Shown in pieces: positions 52,501-64,000 of a DNA stretch of 64,000 nucleotides; position 1 is the first letter of the stretch, and each line of letters opens with the position of its first letter. A program made the translations under genes and the position numbers. The notes beneath the pieces are model-generated. The model was not told the DNA's origin and made no database searches. It saw only the letters and a list, made by a program, of their open reading frames with translations. Source of the stretch: Azolla caroliniana (lineage: Eukaryota; Plantae; Polypodiophyta); the NCBI GenBank assembly GCA_043228905.1, contig JBHGNT010000006.1, positions 868,001-932,000 on the forward strand. Reading direction: 5' to 3'.

Positions 52501-54924
52501 CAACAAGTACATGGCCCATCATTATGCCTTCACGATGAAGGTAATGGGTGAACAAGAGCCCGAGAGCTCTACAGAAGTGGCTCGTGACCCAGGATGGGTG
52601 AAAGCAGTCGACCCAAGCCTTCGTCATAGGCTTGAGGGGGAGGATTCGAAACTGCCACGAAAATACCGACGCCGACCGTCGCACAAAAGTTGACATCGAA
52701 AGCCGACATCGAAAGCCAGACAATGTCAAACGCCTCACACTTGAGCTTGAGGGGGTGTGTTGAGAGATCAAGCTCAACTTAATTTAGTTAGCTAGTCAAC
52801 CATTTAACTTCGTAGTTACCTAGATAGAATCTAGTTAAAAGTGTTGACTATAACGCCTTAAATAGGACCTTGTACTTAAGTGGGATATTCTAGATCTTCA
52901 ACTCCCAAGTACATTTAATATAGGACTTACATCCTTGTACCTATATTCATCTCACACATGTGCACCCTTGCACATGAGATCTATATATACCTAACTGTAG
53001 GTATTTTTGCATTTTGATGATGCTAATTTAATATAGAGTTAATCATCCCCCATCTTGTGTTGTTCATAAGTGTACTTCTCTCTCCCTTCCTCTCACACAC
53101 ATATCACTTAATCTTCCACTTAACTTAATCACATAATTAGGTACTAATTAACCCGTAGTTAATTACCTAATTCTTAACATCTGTTTCAACAAAACCCATT
53201 GTATGTTCCTGATGGTTCCCAAGTCTTACAACATTACCATGACACATCAATGGCCGGACACTTTGGATTTCGCAAAACCCTAGAATTAGTTTCTCGGCAA
53301 TATTGGTGGCGTCAACTTCATCATTTTATTGAGGAGTATGTTCGCAATTGTGATACATGTTGTCGATCAAAGAGTCCTCTGCCTTGATCATATGGCTTAC
53401 TATAACCATTTCCAATTCTTGAAAATCCTTGGATTTCATTACTGATCTCCCAGTTTCGAAAGGTTTTGATGCAATTCTCATGATGGTCAATTGACTTACC
53501 AAAATGGCACATGTTTTGCCATGTACAAACTCAACGTCTATTACTACTCAAGAGACGGTCGATCTTGTTATGTGGGAGGTATTCAGGCATCATGGTCTTC
53601 TGGATAATATTATTAGTGATCGCGGTCCACAATTCATCTCAAAGTTTTGGAAGCACATGTTCAAACTTCTCTGAATCTCAACTAAGCTTTCTTCGCGCTA
53701 TCAAACTGAGTGTATCAACCAGACTTTAGAGCAATATTTTCGTTGTTTCATCAACTACCAACAAGATGATTGGGTTGATTTTCTGCACTTGGTTGAATTT
53801 GCTTACAACAACTTAGTCCATTCTTCTACGGGATATTCCCCATTTTTCGCAAATACGGGTTGTCATCCTTGTTGGAAGATGAATGAGCATCCAGAAGTTC
53901 CTACCAACCCTAATGTTAAGGATCGTCTTAGTGGCCTCCAAGAAATTCACGCTACCATTCTCCACAATTTGCATGATGCTCAACTTACACACAAGAGGAT
54001 TGCAGATCGTCATAGCCTAGACTCCTCCAAAAAGTTTCGTGTTGGGGATCGTGTATGGCTCCTCCAACAAAACATCAAGACCACTCGGCCTTGCAGGTAA
54101 ATTGGATTACCAACGCTTTGGCCCGTACTTGATCACTAGTAAGATAAGTGATGTTGCATTTCGTCTTGGATTCCCTCCTCACATGCGTCTTCACCCGGTG
54201 TTTCATGTATCCCTTTTGGAACCTTACACCACAAGTTCAATTATGAGTCGTCTTACACCTCCCCCCCCCACCTATTGAGTTCTTGGAAGGACCAGAATTT
54301 GAGGTTTCTACCATACTCGATTCCAAAACCGTGCTCAACAAGTTGTATTACATGATTGATTGGTTAGGCTATACACCCATTAATCAAACTTGGGAACCTG
54401 CAACAAATCTTGCCAATGTTGTGGACATGGTCACCGAATTTCATTGCCAATATCCTCGTAAACCAGGTCCTAGTACAAACCATACTACCTGTGATACGTG
54501 TCATCAAAGAAGGGGGATAGTGTCAGGATGCCACTCACATAATGGTATGATGCCTTGTCATGATGACACTCACATGATGCCTCAAAGGATTTGAACCCAC
54601 AACCTTGTTCTATATATGTCAAATCCTTGCCCATTATAATAGTATGTTTATATATATAATATAAAGAATATATAATCTAAATATACATAATATCATAAGA
54701 ATATTCTAGAGTACTCTGTATTCTATCAGTCTAGAGTACGCTATATTTGAGAACCTTCTAGAATACCCTATAGGGACTTATAAATAGGCATCTATTAATC
54801 ATCGCAAACCCAAATTGGTTCAACACCATTGTAGAGCTCCTTGTTTTGCCTACTCTTTGTAATCGATCTTATAGTGCAATATAATACTTTCCATTAAATT
54901 ATCTCTCCCTCTCTCTCTCTCTCT

Positions 54925-57900
54925 TTGATATGGAAGAAAAATCCAAGACAAAGAAGAGGACAATGAGGGGTGGCATGTTTGATTAAGAAGGAAATAGAAA
55001 AATATGTGTCAATCATAAAAAATGATGAACATAAATGTTACATATGGCTCAAAATAGAAACACCTAATGATTTGCCCACTTTTGTAGTTGGATGTTACAT
55101 TCCTCATCAAGATTCTAACTTTTATGCTTGTTTGGATAAAGATCAACCTTTTGCCAATCTAGAAGATGATATTGCTTATTTCAAATCCAAAGGGGAAGTT
55201 ATTGTCTTTGGTGACATGAATGCTCGTACAATAAGTTTCCAACTTGATTCACAAGATCTTTCATGCCACATATCTCAAGGATGCTAGAGGATATGCAAAT
55301 GTATAGCCGCTCTTCTAGCGATGAAAAAGATCCGGACCAATTTGGGAAGTTACTCCTACAAATGTGCAATAGTACCGGATTGCTTATTGCAAATGGTATT
55401 TCCTTATGGCCCAACACTAATGGTTTTACATGTAGAAAACACAACGGAAATAGTGTGATTGACTATGTGCGACTTTCCGAAGGTATTGTATACATAAATT
55501 CTCACTTGGTGAATGGACACCGGAATCCGATCATAGGCCTTTATGTATTGATCTCAAATGTATGCATAGGTTTGATTGTGAGAAGGCTATAGAAGATAAT
55601 AAACAATCGCACTTGAGCATGAACCTTAAGCGAGCACCCATGTATTCCAAGATGGTTGAGGATATATTACAAAAGACAAAGATACAACATGGTGCCACAC
55701 TAGAATGCAAAGGGGAAGCTTTCAAGAAAGTCATTCTCTCCTGTACAAACAAATGTTTTTCGACCAACCGCACATCTTGGAAATGCACCAAGAAACTTAG
55801 GAAAAAATGGTTTGATAAAGAATGTCGTGAAGCTCAAAAGTGCCTTATGGTTTTGGATGTAGTTAAGGATAAAGAGAATTACCAAAAGCATTTGCATGAG
55901 TATAAAAGGCTTATTCAAAGAAAGAGAAGAATATGGGAAGTTACTCAACAATTTATCCAAATGCAAGAGAAAGCACATGCATGTGCAAAATTTTGGGGAA
56001 ATCTAAAGGGGAAACGTGTTGAGACTTAACTTCATGACTTATCTATGCATTGTAAGAATTTATATGAGTTATCCCTTGCCAGAAAGATGATGTGTTATGG
56101 TTCTCTTTCACATATGCCTCCCTTCTTTACAACTGAAGATATATGCATAGGACTTAAGAAATTGGCCCCTCGAAAGGCAAGCGATCTTCAATGCATAAAG
56201 CTGAAATGCTCAAATGGATGGGAAAGGAAGCACATGTATAGATAAGCGACATGTTTAATGATGTATTGCAACATAGTATGTCGTACGATTGGACTACAAA
56301 TTGGATCAAACCTTTACATAAAGGTGGAGATATAAATAATGTAAACAACTATCGAACCATCATGGTTGGCTCATTAATGACAAAACTATTTGGATGTATA
56401 ATGGAATCAAAGATAAGTGTATGGGCTGAACAAAATGGTAAGAGAGCTTATGAACAAGCTGGCTTTCGAAAACACCATAGCACCATTGATCACCTTATCA
56501 CCCTTCGAGTATTAATGGAGGAAAGTCGCCTTAGAGGTAAAGGTTTATATTGTTTCTTTGTAGACTTCAAGAAAGCTTTTGATATGGTACCTTATGAGCA
56601 CCTTTGGAGGCGAATGGAAGGACTTGAGGTGCTAAGTGAATATATGCTTGCAATTTCCCGAATTTATGAGAAGGTTATATGTTGTGTACACATGAGAGAT
56701 AAACTTTTAGATTTTTTCAAAAGCACTATTGGTGTTAAGCAAGGATGCCCACTGTCATCAACACTATTTGGTCTATGCATTGATGAATTGGAAGAAATGG
56801 TTACCAAGTTTGCAAAGGAAGAATGTGTTGAAGAAGTTTCCATTGGGAATGTTGTGATTATGCTTTTGCTATATGCAGATGATGTAGTGCTTTTTGCAAA
56901 TACCTTAGGAGATGCACAAAAGCTTATGAAGGCATTGGAAAATTTCTGCATGCATACTACTCTAAAACAAAGATTATGCTTGTGAAGAGCCAAAAAAAGA
57001 AATAAACCATGCATTATGTATAACAATGACTCACTTGAATGTGTGGAAAGCTTCAAATATCTTGGCCTTGAAGTTCCTTCAAATCATAGATGGAATGAAT
57101 GTGCTACACGCCGCTTAGAGGCGGGTAAACGAGCATACTATGCATTTGAGAACACATGTAATCTTGGAGATATTAAGTGTTGGGTCCTCAAGAAATATCT
57201 TTTGGACACTTTGGTGACACCGGTTCTTCTCTATGGGGTGGAAGTATGGGGCGGTAGCATCCCTAAATCTATGTGCAAAGACTTTGAAAATGTTTAAAAA
57301 CATTTTCGTACAGAGTTTCGACAAGTTAAGAAACAAACGCCCTACACCCTCCTCCTCCTTGAGACGGGATCGCTACCCATTGAGATCATGGCCATGGAAA
57401 GGGTTGTTGAATACATGCTTAAGGTTCAAAAAAGTCCCTCACATCGACTTCCTAGAATTGCATGGGAAGCAAGCAAAAAGATCCAAAATACACATTAAAG
57501 CAAAATTTTGTGTTCCGATTGGATGCAAGATATAGAAAAATGGTTTGGTAGATGGGATGCGAGACATTTGCTTCATGATGCATCACTAGATTCCTCTGTA
57601 AATGAGGCCTTTTTGCAACGCCAATGTATCATGACATGGGACAAATGTGGAGGCTCACACTTCACACATTATACTACACATGTTGCACCTAACTACAAAA
57701 CCTTATTCTTTGTGGGACGGGGAAACCGTACACATCAATACATGTTAGAGCCCATACCGCTATCTGCCATTCGAACCATTGCTTCCATGCGACTTAGCTC
57801 ACATGCATTGCGATGTGAGATAGGGTGTTGGGGCACAAGTGATGACAGTGGTCGGCTATGCACACTTTGATACAATGCTCTACCTTTGATCATATTCGAC

Positions 57901-58095
57901 CATGCTTTCCACATCTCTTCCATCGAGCCCAATCCTTGCATGAAATCCTCTCACAACCACAATGTGCACTCTCGATTGCAACATTCATTGGTAAAGTTCT
58001 TGAACATCGAGAGTCACTACTCACTTCCACGCGTATCACGTGAAATGTAATATTTTTGGTCTCATAAGTCATATTTGACCTCTAAAGACGATAAT

Positions 58096-58099
<4 letters not shown>
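54925..58099 (+). mobile_element. 5'-truncated LINE (RTE-X/L2-like): APE endonuclease + RT + C-terminal RLSSH..RLC motif, frameshifted
   Basis: GCYIP, FGDMNAR, LLIANG, SVIDY; NNYRTI, QAGFRK, FVDFKKAFD, GVKQGCPLS, LLYADD, FKYLG; RLSSHALRCEIGCW...RLC. Flanked by (CT)n on both sides. Confidence 0.88.
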
Positions 58100-58138
<39 letters not shown>

Positions 58139-58393
58139 ACCGACCGGTTAGTAGAGCTTCGAGCTCGACAAACCCACACACAGACTAGTGAGCCTTTGGT
58201 CGAGGGCACACAGGCTTCCTACGCGAGGAGAGGCCTCACCCTAGCTAGTCGAATGCATAGAGCAGAAAACCTACAACCCTTTGCTTCCCAATCCGGCAAC
58301 ACCTTCCCCTCTAACACGATTAATCCCCAAAATAGACTTCCTCCCTTCCATTTATAGCTCCAAGGAGAGGGGTGGGGGGGTTGATGTTACATC

Positions 58394-59856
58394 TATCGGG
58401 AACCGCACGCTCCCTATACGCAACGCTCGGCCACAACCGAACTTAGAATCATACACAGAAAACGGGAAATAAAACACGACACGAAGAAGAGACGAGTACA
58501 CAGGATGTTTACGTGGAAAACCCAAAAGAGGGAAAAAACCACGGTAGCCCACAGGCTACAAACTATCACTATGTTAGAATGTACAACAGTGAGTTCACAG
58601 AGGCAACGACCTCGTGCTCACAATCTTCGCCACAGGCGGCGGTTACAACAGAGGCAACGACCTCTTTCTTTCTCTCTCTCTCTCTCTCTCTCTATCTGTA
58701 CACAGTTATGCGCTCTCTCTCTCCTTGCACCAACAAGAATGACAACAGCTCAACTAAAAGTTTGCCCTAAGTCATATTTATACTAATATGACTTTTCGGC
58801 TATTTACAAATATAGCCTCGATGGACTCTCAGAAACATATTTACGAATATGTCTCTTCATCCGGTCTTGACCGGGTCTGCACCATCCGGCTCTCCGTAGC
58901 CGGGGACTCCTCATCCGATTCTCACTGGGTCTGCACCATCCGGCTCTCCGTAGCCGGGTACTCCTCATCCGGTCTTCACCGGGTCTGCACCATCCGGCTC
59001 TCCGTAGTCGGGTACTCCTCATCCGGTCTTCACCGGGTCTGCACCATCCGGCTCTCCGTAGCCGGGTACTCCTCATCCAGTCTTCACCGGGTCTGCACCA
59101 TCCGGCTCTCCGTAGCCGGGGAATCCTCATCCGGTCTTCACCGGGTCTGCACCATCCGGCTCTCCGTAGCCAGGTACTCCTCATCCGGTCTTCACCGGGT
59201 CTGCACCATCCGACTCTCCGTAGCCGGGGAATCGTCATCCGGTTCTCACCGGGTCTGCACCATCCGGCTCTCCGTAGCCGGGTACTCCTCATCCAGTCTT
59301 CACCGGGTCTGCACCATCCGGCTCTCCGTAGCCGGGGAATCCTCATCCAGTCTTCACCGGGTCTGCACCATCCGGCTCTCCGTAGCCAGGTACTCCTCAT
59401 CTGGTCTTCACCGGGTCTGCACCATCCGACTCTCCGTAGCCGGGGAATCGTCATCCGGTTCTCACCGGGTCTGCACCATCCGGCTCTCCGTAGCCGGGTA
59501 CTCCTCATCCAGTCTTCACCGGGTTTGCACCATCCGGCTCTCCGTAGCCGGGGAATCCTCATCCGATTCTCACCGGGTCTGCACCATCCGGCTCTCCGTA
59601 GCCGGGGACTCCTCATCCGGTCTTCACCGGGTCTGCATCATCCGGCTCTCCGTAGCCGGGTACTCCTCATCCGGTCTTCACCGGGTCTGCACCATCCGGC
59701 TCTCCGTAGTCGGGTACTCCTCATCTGGTCTTCACCGGGTCTGCACCATCCGGCTCTCCGTAGCCGGGTACTCATCATCCGGTTTCGGCCTCGACCGAGT
59801 TTGTTCATCGGCATTGTTCTTCTCCCTTCCCATCCGGAGGGACCTGTCTCCCAACA
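58394..59856 (-). mobile_element. Copia-type solo LTR, 1463 bp, containing a tandem array
   Basis: Ends TATCGGGA..TCCCAACA, TSD ACATC (58389-58393 and 59857-59861), and a TTTACGTGGAAAACCC..GGAAAAAACCACGG motif typical of reverse-oriented Copia LTRs. Confidence 0.75.
58853..59782. repeat. 54-bp minisatellite x17
   Basis: Unit CTCCTCATCCGGTCTTCACCGGGTCTGCACCATCCGGCTCTCCGTAGCCGGGTA. Confidence 0.97.
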
Positions 59857-60526
59857 ACATCAACCTGTTATGACAGTCGTTTTTGTCAGAGATTCTCCCC
59901 CGATTCTTTGCCATCACACACTATTATTCCCCTCTTTTTGTGGGATCATAAAAGAGTTGGGAAACATGTCCCTCCAAATGGGAAGAGTACGACCTGAATC
60001 TGTAAGGATTATAACTTTGAAGGACAGAGATGAAAAAGGCAAGAGATTACAAACTAGATATTGGAATTAACATATAAACTTGTCCATATATTCTTTGATG
60101 AACTCACACTCAAATAAGTGGTATTGTTGTGATTTAAATACATCTAAAATGTGGTTGTTGCAGCTATAACAATCACTCCTATTTTTAGATAATGCTACCT
60201 AACTAATTAGTTTTTATTAAAATTAGAGTTATTTTCAACAAAATTGAATAGAGAGTCGATAGGAAATTTGGCCGAGGCCAATAGGCCGAAGCCAAAAATC
60301 GAATTATCGAAAATCGACAAATCAAATGATCGATTTAATAGCCAATTCAGGAGATTAATTTTGTAAATAGTCTTAATGTGGCCCTGTGGGCCATATTTGT
60401 AAATAGCCCAGAAAGTTGTAATTAGTATAAATACAACTAGGACAAACATTATGGTAGTGAGTTGAATCATGTGTAGTTGATCATTATAGTTGAATAGTTA
60501 CTGATGAGGTCGTTGCCTTTGTAACT

Positions 60527-63389
60527 TTGTGTAAGAGTGAGACGCCAGAACTTAATGGGATGGCTGAGAGAATGAACCGGACCATCATGGAGAGGGTTCG
60601 AAGTATGCTTGCACATGCCAAGGTGTCCAAGATGTTCTGTGTTGAGGCATTGATGACAACAACGTATGTGATAAACCGATCACCCTCAACACCCTTGGAT
60701 GGAGATATTCCACAACGGGTGCGGACCGGCAAAGACATATTGTACCGACATCTGAAGGTGTTCGGTTGTCTTGCCTATGTGCATGTGGCCAAGGACCAAA
60801 GGGGGAAATTGGATACGAAAACTCGGCCATGCATATTTCTCTGCTACGGTCACGACGAATTCGGCTATCAACTATGGGACCTAATCGACATGAAAGTAAT
60901 TAGGATCCGAGACATGAGGGTGGATATTCCTGTGTCATCACTATGGCACCGAAGATTAGGACACCTCAGCAAGGCCGGTATTACGCATCTATCTAGAGCC
61001 GGATACATCCCCAAACTCTCCTTCTCCGACCATCAATTCTGCGAGCATTGCCAGTATGGCAAACAAGCAGCCGCATCACACCCGACATCAGCACCAAGAG
61101 AAACGAGACCTCTCGATTTAGTCCACTCGGACGTCTGTGGCCCAATGCCGCATCAGTCTCTCGGCGGTGCCTCTTACTTCGTCAGTTTTATTGACGATTC
61201 GACTCGAAAGGTGTGGGCTTATCCAATTCGCACCAAAGATCGTGTCTTCTCGATCTTCACCGATTGGCTCGCTATGGTAGAAAATCAAACCGACCGAAAG
61301 CTGAAATGCTTTCGGACAGACAATGGGGGAGAGTTCAAATCCGAAGAATTCGTCAAATTCTGCCGACAACGCGGCATCCGACGTGAATTTACGGCACCAC
61401 ACAGCCCGGAGCAAAACGGGATTGCCGAACGCATGAATCGGACAATCCAAGAACGGATAGTTTCCATGCTCCAACACTCCGGACTGTCGGATGGCTTCTG
61501 GGCAGAGGCTCTACTCACGGCAGTACACATAATCAATATGTCGCCAAGTAGACCTCTAGGACTTCAAATTCCTCAGGAACTATGGATCGGCAGTAAGCCG
61601 AATTACGACAAGCTGAGGATCTTCGGATGCGAGGCGTACACCCTTATTCCGAAAGATGATCGCCGAAAACTTGCACCTCGGTCCAGGAAATGCATTTTCC
61701 TTGGATATGGATCCGACGGCGAAATGGGATACCGACTCTGGGATCCCGAACGCAGACAAATCGTCCGAAGTTCGGACGTTGTGTTCAACGAGTCGGCTAT
61801 GAATCCATCAGTCGAAAAACCGATCGAAGTCCGAAGGGTAACATTTTCCGATGTGCCGACCCTTCAAGAAGGCCCCGCTCTTAACACACGGTCAGCTTCA
61901 CGGGTAGCTGAACCTTACACTACCGACTCGGACAACCCCAACTCGGCACAACAGAACAATCCGCTTTCGGACCATCCGACCTCGATACCCGATGCGACCA
62001 GTCCAATCATACCTCGACGATCCGAGAGACTGTCGCAACCTCCGGAGAGGTATTCTCCTGGAATTTTCTTCACCGACGCCGGCGAACCGACGTCTTACGA
62101 AGAAGCATCGACATCTGTCGATTCAGCCACCTGGCATCTGGCGATGGAGTCGGAAATGCACTCCATTCGGGCAAACAAGACTTGGGATCTGGTCGAATTA
62201 CCTAGGAACCGACGTGCTCTTCCTTGCAAGTGGGTTTATCGACTAAAAGAGACGTCTGATTCGACCACCCCAAAGTACAAGGCCAGATTAGTTGCGAAGG
62301 GCTTCCGACAAGAATATGGCGTCGACTTCGACGAGATTTTTTCACCAGTGGTGAAAATGACAACCCTTCGTTTTCTACTCGGCGTAGTGGCAGCCGACAA
62401 CTTGGAGCTGATTCAGCTAGATGTCAAAACAGCCTTCCTCCATGGTGATCTTGAAGAGGAAATTTATATGGAGCAGCCAAAAGGCTTCGTGGCACCTGGC
62501 CAAGAACATCTAGTCTGCCGACTCAGGAAGAGTCTATACGGCCTCAAACAGGCACCGCGACAATGGTACAAGAAGTTCGACGACTTCATCCAATCGATTG
62601 GCTTCTCAAAAAGCGATGAGGACCATTGTCTTTTTACCAACACAGCTCAAGATGGATCACCCATCTTCCTCATCATTTACGTGGATGACATGCTAATTTC
62701 TGGACGCCACGCGGGCGAACTTGCCGATCTCATTCGGCAACTGCGGTTGAAGTTTGCCATGAAGGACCTCGGTCCGGCACGACACATACTTGGCATGAAG
62801 ATTAGTCGGCATCGCGATCAACGACATCTTTTTTTGTCTCAGACCGACTATATCGGACGTGTCTTGGAACGCTTCAACATGCAATCAGCCAAATCTGCTT
62901 CAACCCCGCTCCCCATGAATCTTCGGCTCTCTCAGCGAGACTGCCCGACATCCGGTCCGGAGGGGGAAGATATGAAGTCGGTACCGTATGCACCGGCAGT
63001 CGGCTCCCTTATGTACCTGATGGTCGCGACACGGCCTGATATTTCTCACGCCGTAGGAGTCGTTAGCAGATTTATGCACAATCCCGGCCGATCGCATTGG
63101 AACGCAGTCAAGCATGTGTTCAGATATCTGGCTGGCACAAAAGACCACGGCATTCTTTTCGGTCCGAACCGAACCTCAGGCGTAGTCGGTTACACCGACT
63201 CGGACTTCGCTAGCTGTATAGACAGTCGGAAATCAACAACCGGATACTGCTTCAAATTCGGCAATGGAGCAATCTCGTGGAAGTCGAAACTTCAGGAGTG
63301 CACAACGACCTCAACGACCGAAGCAGAATATGTAGCTGCGTCCGACGCAGCAAAAGAAGCTTTGTGGCTCGGTCGGCTGGCGCACACGT
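60527..63389 (+). mobile_element. Copia pol (IN-RT-RNase H) open for ~950 codons, with an extra integrase fragment at the front; lacks gag/PR and is cut in RNase H by an LTR insertion
   Basis: LWHRRLGH, VHSDVCGP, RTDNGGEF, NGIAERMNRT, YKARLVAKG, LDVKTAFLHG, YVDDM, DSDFA and STTEAEY. The coding signal ends at KEALWL.RLAHT. Confidence 0.92.
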
Positions 63390-64000
63390 TGTCGCGAAGA
63401 TTCGCGCGTGCGTGTGCTACTCGAGCGACCACCGGGGTCTTGGACTGGGGAGGATGATCGCGGAATTATCGACGCTAGATGACGATCAATGTAAGATTAA
63501 ATGAAAATGGTTTACTTGAGAAGAAGAAAAATTGTACACTTGAGAAGTAGAAAAATATGAAGAAGATAAAGACAAATATTATATTGATGATAATGGTGTT
63601 GGTGATATCACATATTGAGCCCCCCTTACACAAGCCCAACTAGAGGCTTTTATAGGTCTTTCCATGCTCGTGACATGCACAAAACTATGGGCTAAAACCA
63701 TGGTTTTGTGCACACGGTTTTGCTTATGTCATGCACAAACCATGGGTTTAAAACCATGGTTTTGTGTACACGGTTTTCTATGGTTGTTTCGTCTATAATT
63801 TGTATATGAAAAGGAAATACATAAAATTTACACTATATGATAGTTGTCCTAGTGGTAAGGCAATTGTCTTGTATCTTAGAGGTGCAAGGTTCAAACCTTG
63901 CTTGCACCCCTCTATATGAACTCAAGTGCCACTAGGCCTTAGGAGGCTTATTTGCTAAGTGTATGTGCACATCCTTGGTTTATTCATCTCACTCGGTTTC
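63390..64000 (-). mobile_element. Probable Gypsy-type LTR (starts TGTCGCG) inserted in the Copia RNase H; runs off the window
   Basis: Abrupt loss of RNase H homology at TGTCGCG. Layout resembles the solo LTR at 48984, including a tRNA-like block ~450 bp in. Confidence 0.6.

Larger units (their letters stand above)
35840..53179 (+). mobile_element. Ty1/Copia element; 5' LTR 35840-49736 (interrupted twice), 3' LTR 52758-53179; RT/RH largely deleted
   Basis: TG..CA LTRs, TSD TCTGT (35835-35839 and 53180-53184), PBS TGGTATCAGAG at 49737, and decayed gag/PR/IN at 49900-52620. Confidence 0.92.
32989..58170 (+). mobile_element. Degenerate Ty3/Gypsy chromovirus (Tf2/Tcn1-like), fragmented into 32989-35839, 53185-54901 and probably 58136-58170
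   Basis: gag (LRQG, PTPMEI, zinc knuckle), RT ([30 protein letters not shown]), RNase H (NYEIHDKELLAI), integrase (HD...GHFG, EFAYNN) and chromodomain (54283-54450). PPT at 54507-54520; 3' LTR starts TGTC at 54521. The reading frame WHDGFLFQQNPLYVPDG is restored across the Copia TSD. Confidence 0.88.

Noticed and set aside
58788-59873. 361-aa repeat-protein ORF and overlapping ORFs on both strands
   Set aside because: A by-product of a stop-free 54-bp tandem unit inside a TSD-bounded LTR; no independent coding evidence.
63841-63910. Functional tRNA gene (also tRNA-like traces at ~3130-3190 and ~760-820)
   Set aside because: A/B-box-like motifs are present but no convincing cloverleaf stems; treated as TE-embedded or decayed SINE-like sequence.

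Overview
Eukaryotic nuclear DNA from a land plant; spliceosomal genes, TE-filled introns and the TE repertoire suggest a fern-like lineage (inference). The left half (1-29 kb) holds three intact conserved genes: PIG-Y (+, 2 exons), NOP9/APUM23 (-, 10 coding exons, two GC-AG introns, and a 9.3-kb intron with a young TG..TA Copia nested in a LINE) and actin capping protein beta (-, 8 exons). A Mutator MITE lies upstream of PIG-Y. The right half (30-64 kb) is a nested transposon stack that can be resolved by target-site duplications. A chromodomain Gypsy is split by a Copia (35840-53179), whose 5' LTR is split by a 13-kb Sola1-like DDD DNA transposon (35895-48883; 36-bp TIRs, 4-bp TSD). The key observation is that this transposon carries, divergently from its transposase, a six-exon gene for a ParB/Srx-like domain fused to a bacterial-type beta-class DNA amino-methyltransferase (DIPY ... 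QKP ... DLFSGT; N6A or N4C). The first intron of that gene holds an array of CGATRC-N3-GYATCG palindromes. A second, diverged family member (37827-41690) inserted into the methyltransferase exon retains remnants of the same transposase, the same methyltransferase and its own variant palindrome array. The transposase + ParB-MTase + palindrome module therefore looks like a conserved transposon-borne epigenetic system. Both copies here carry inactivating mutations.
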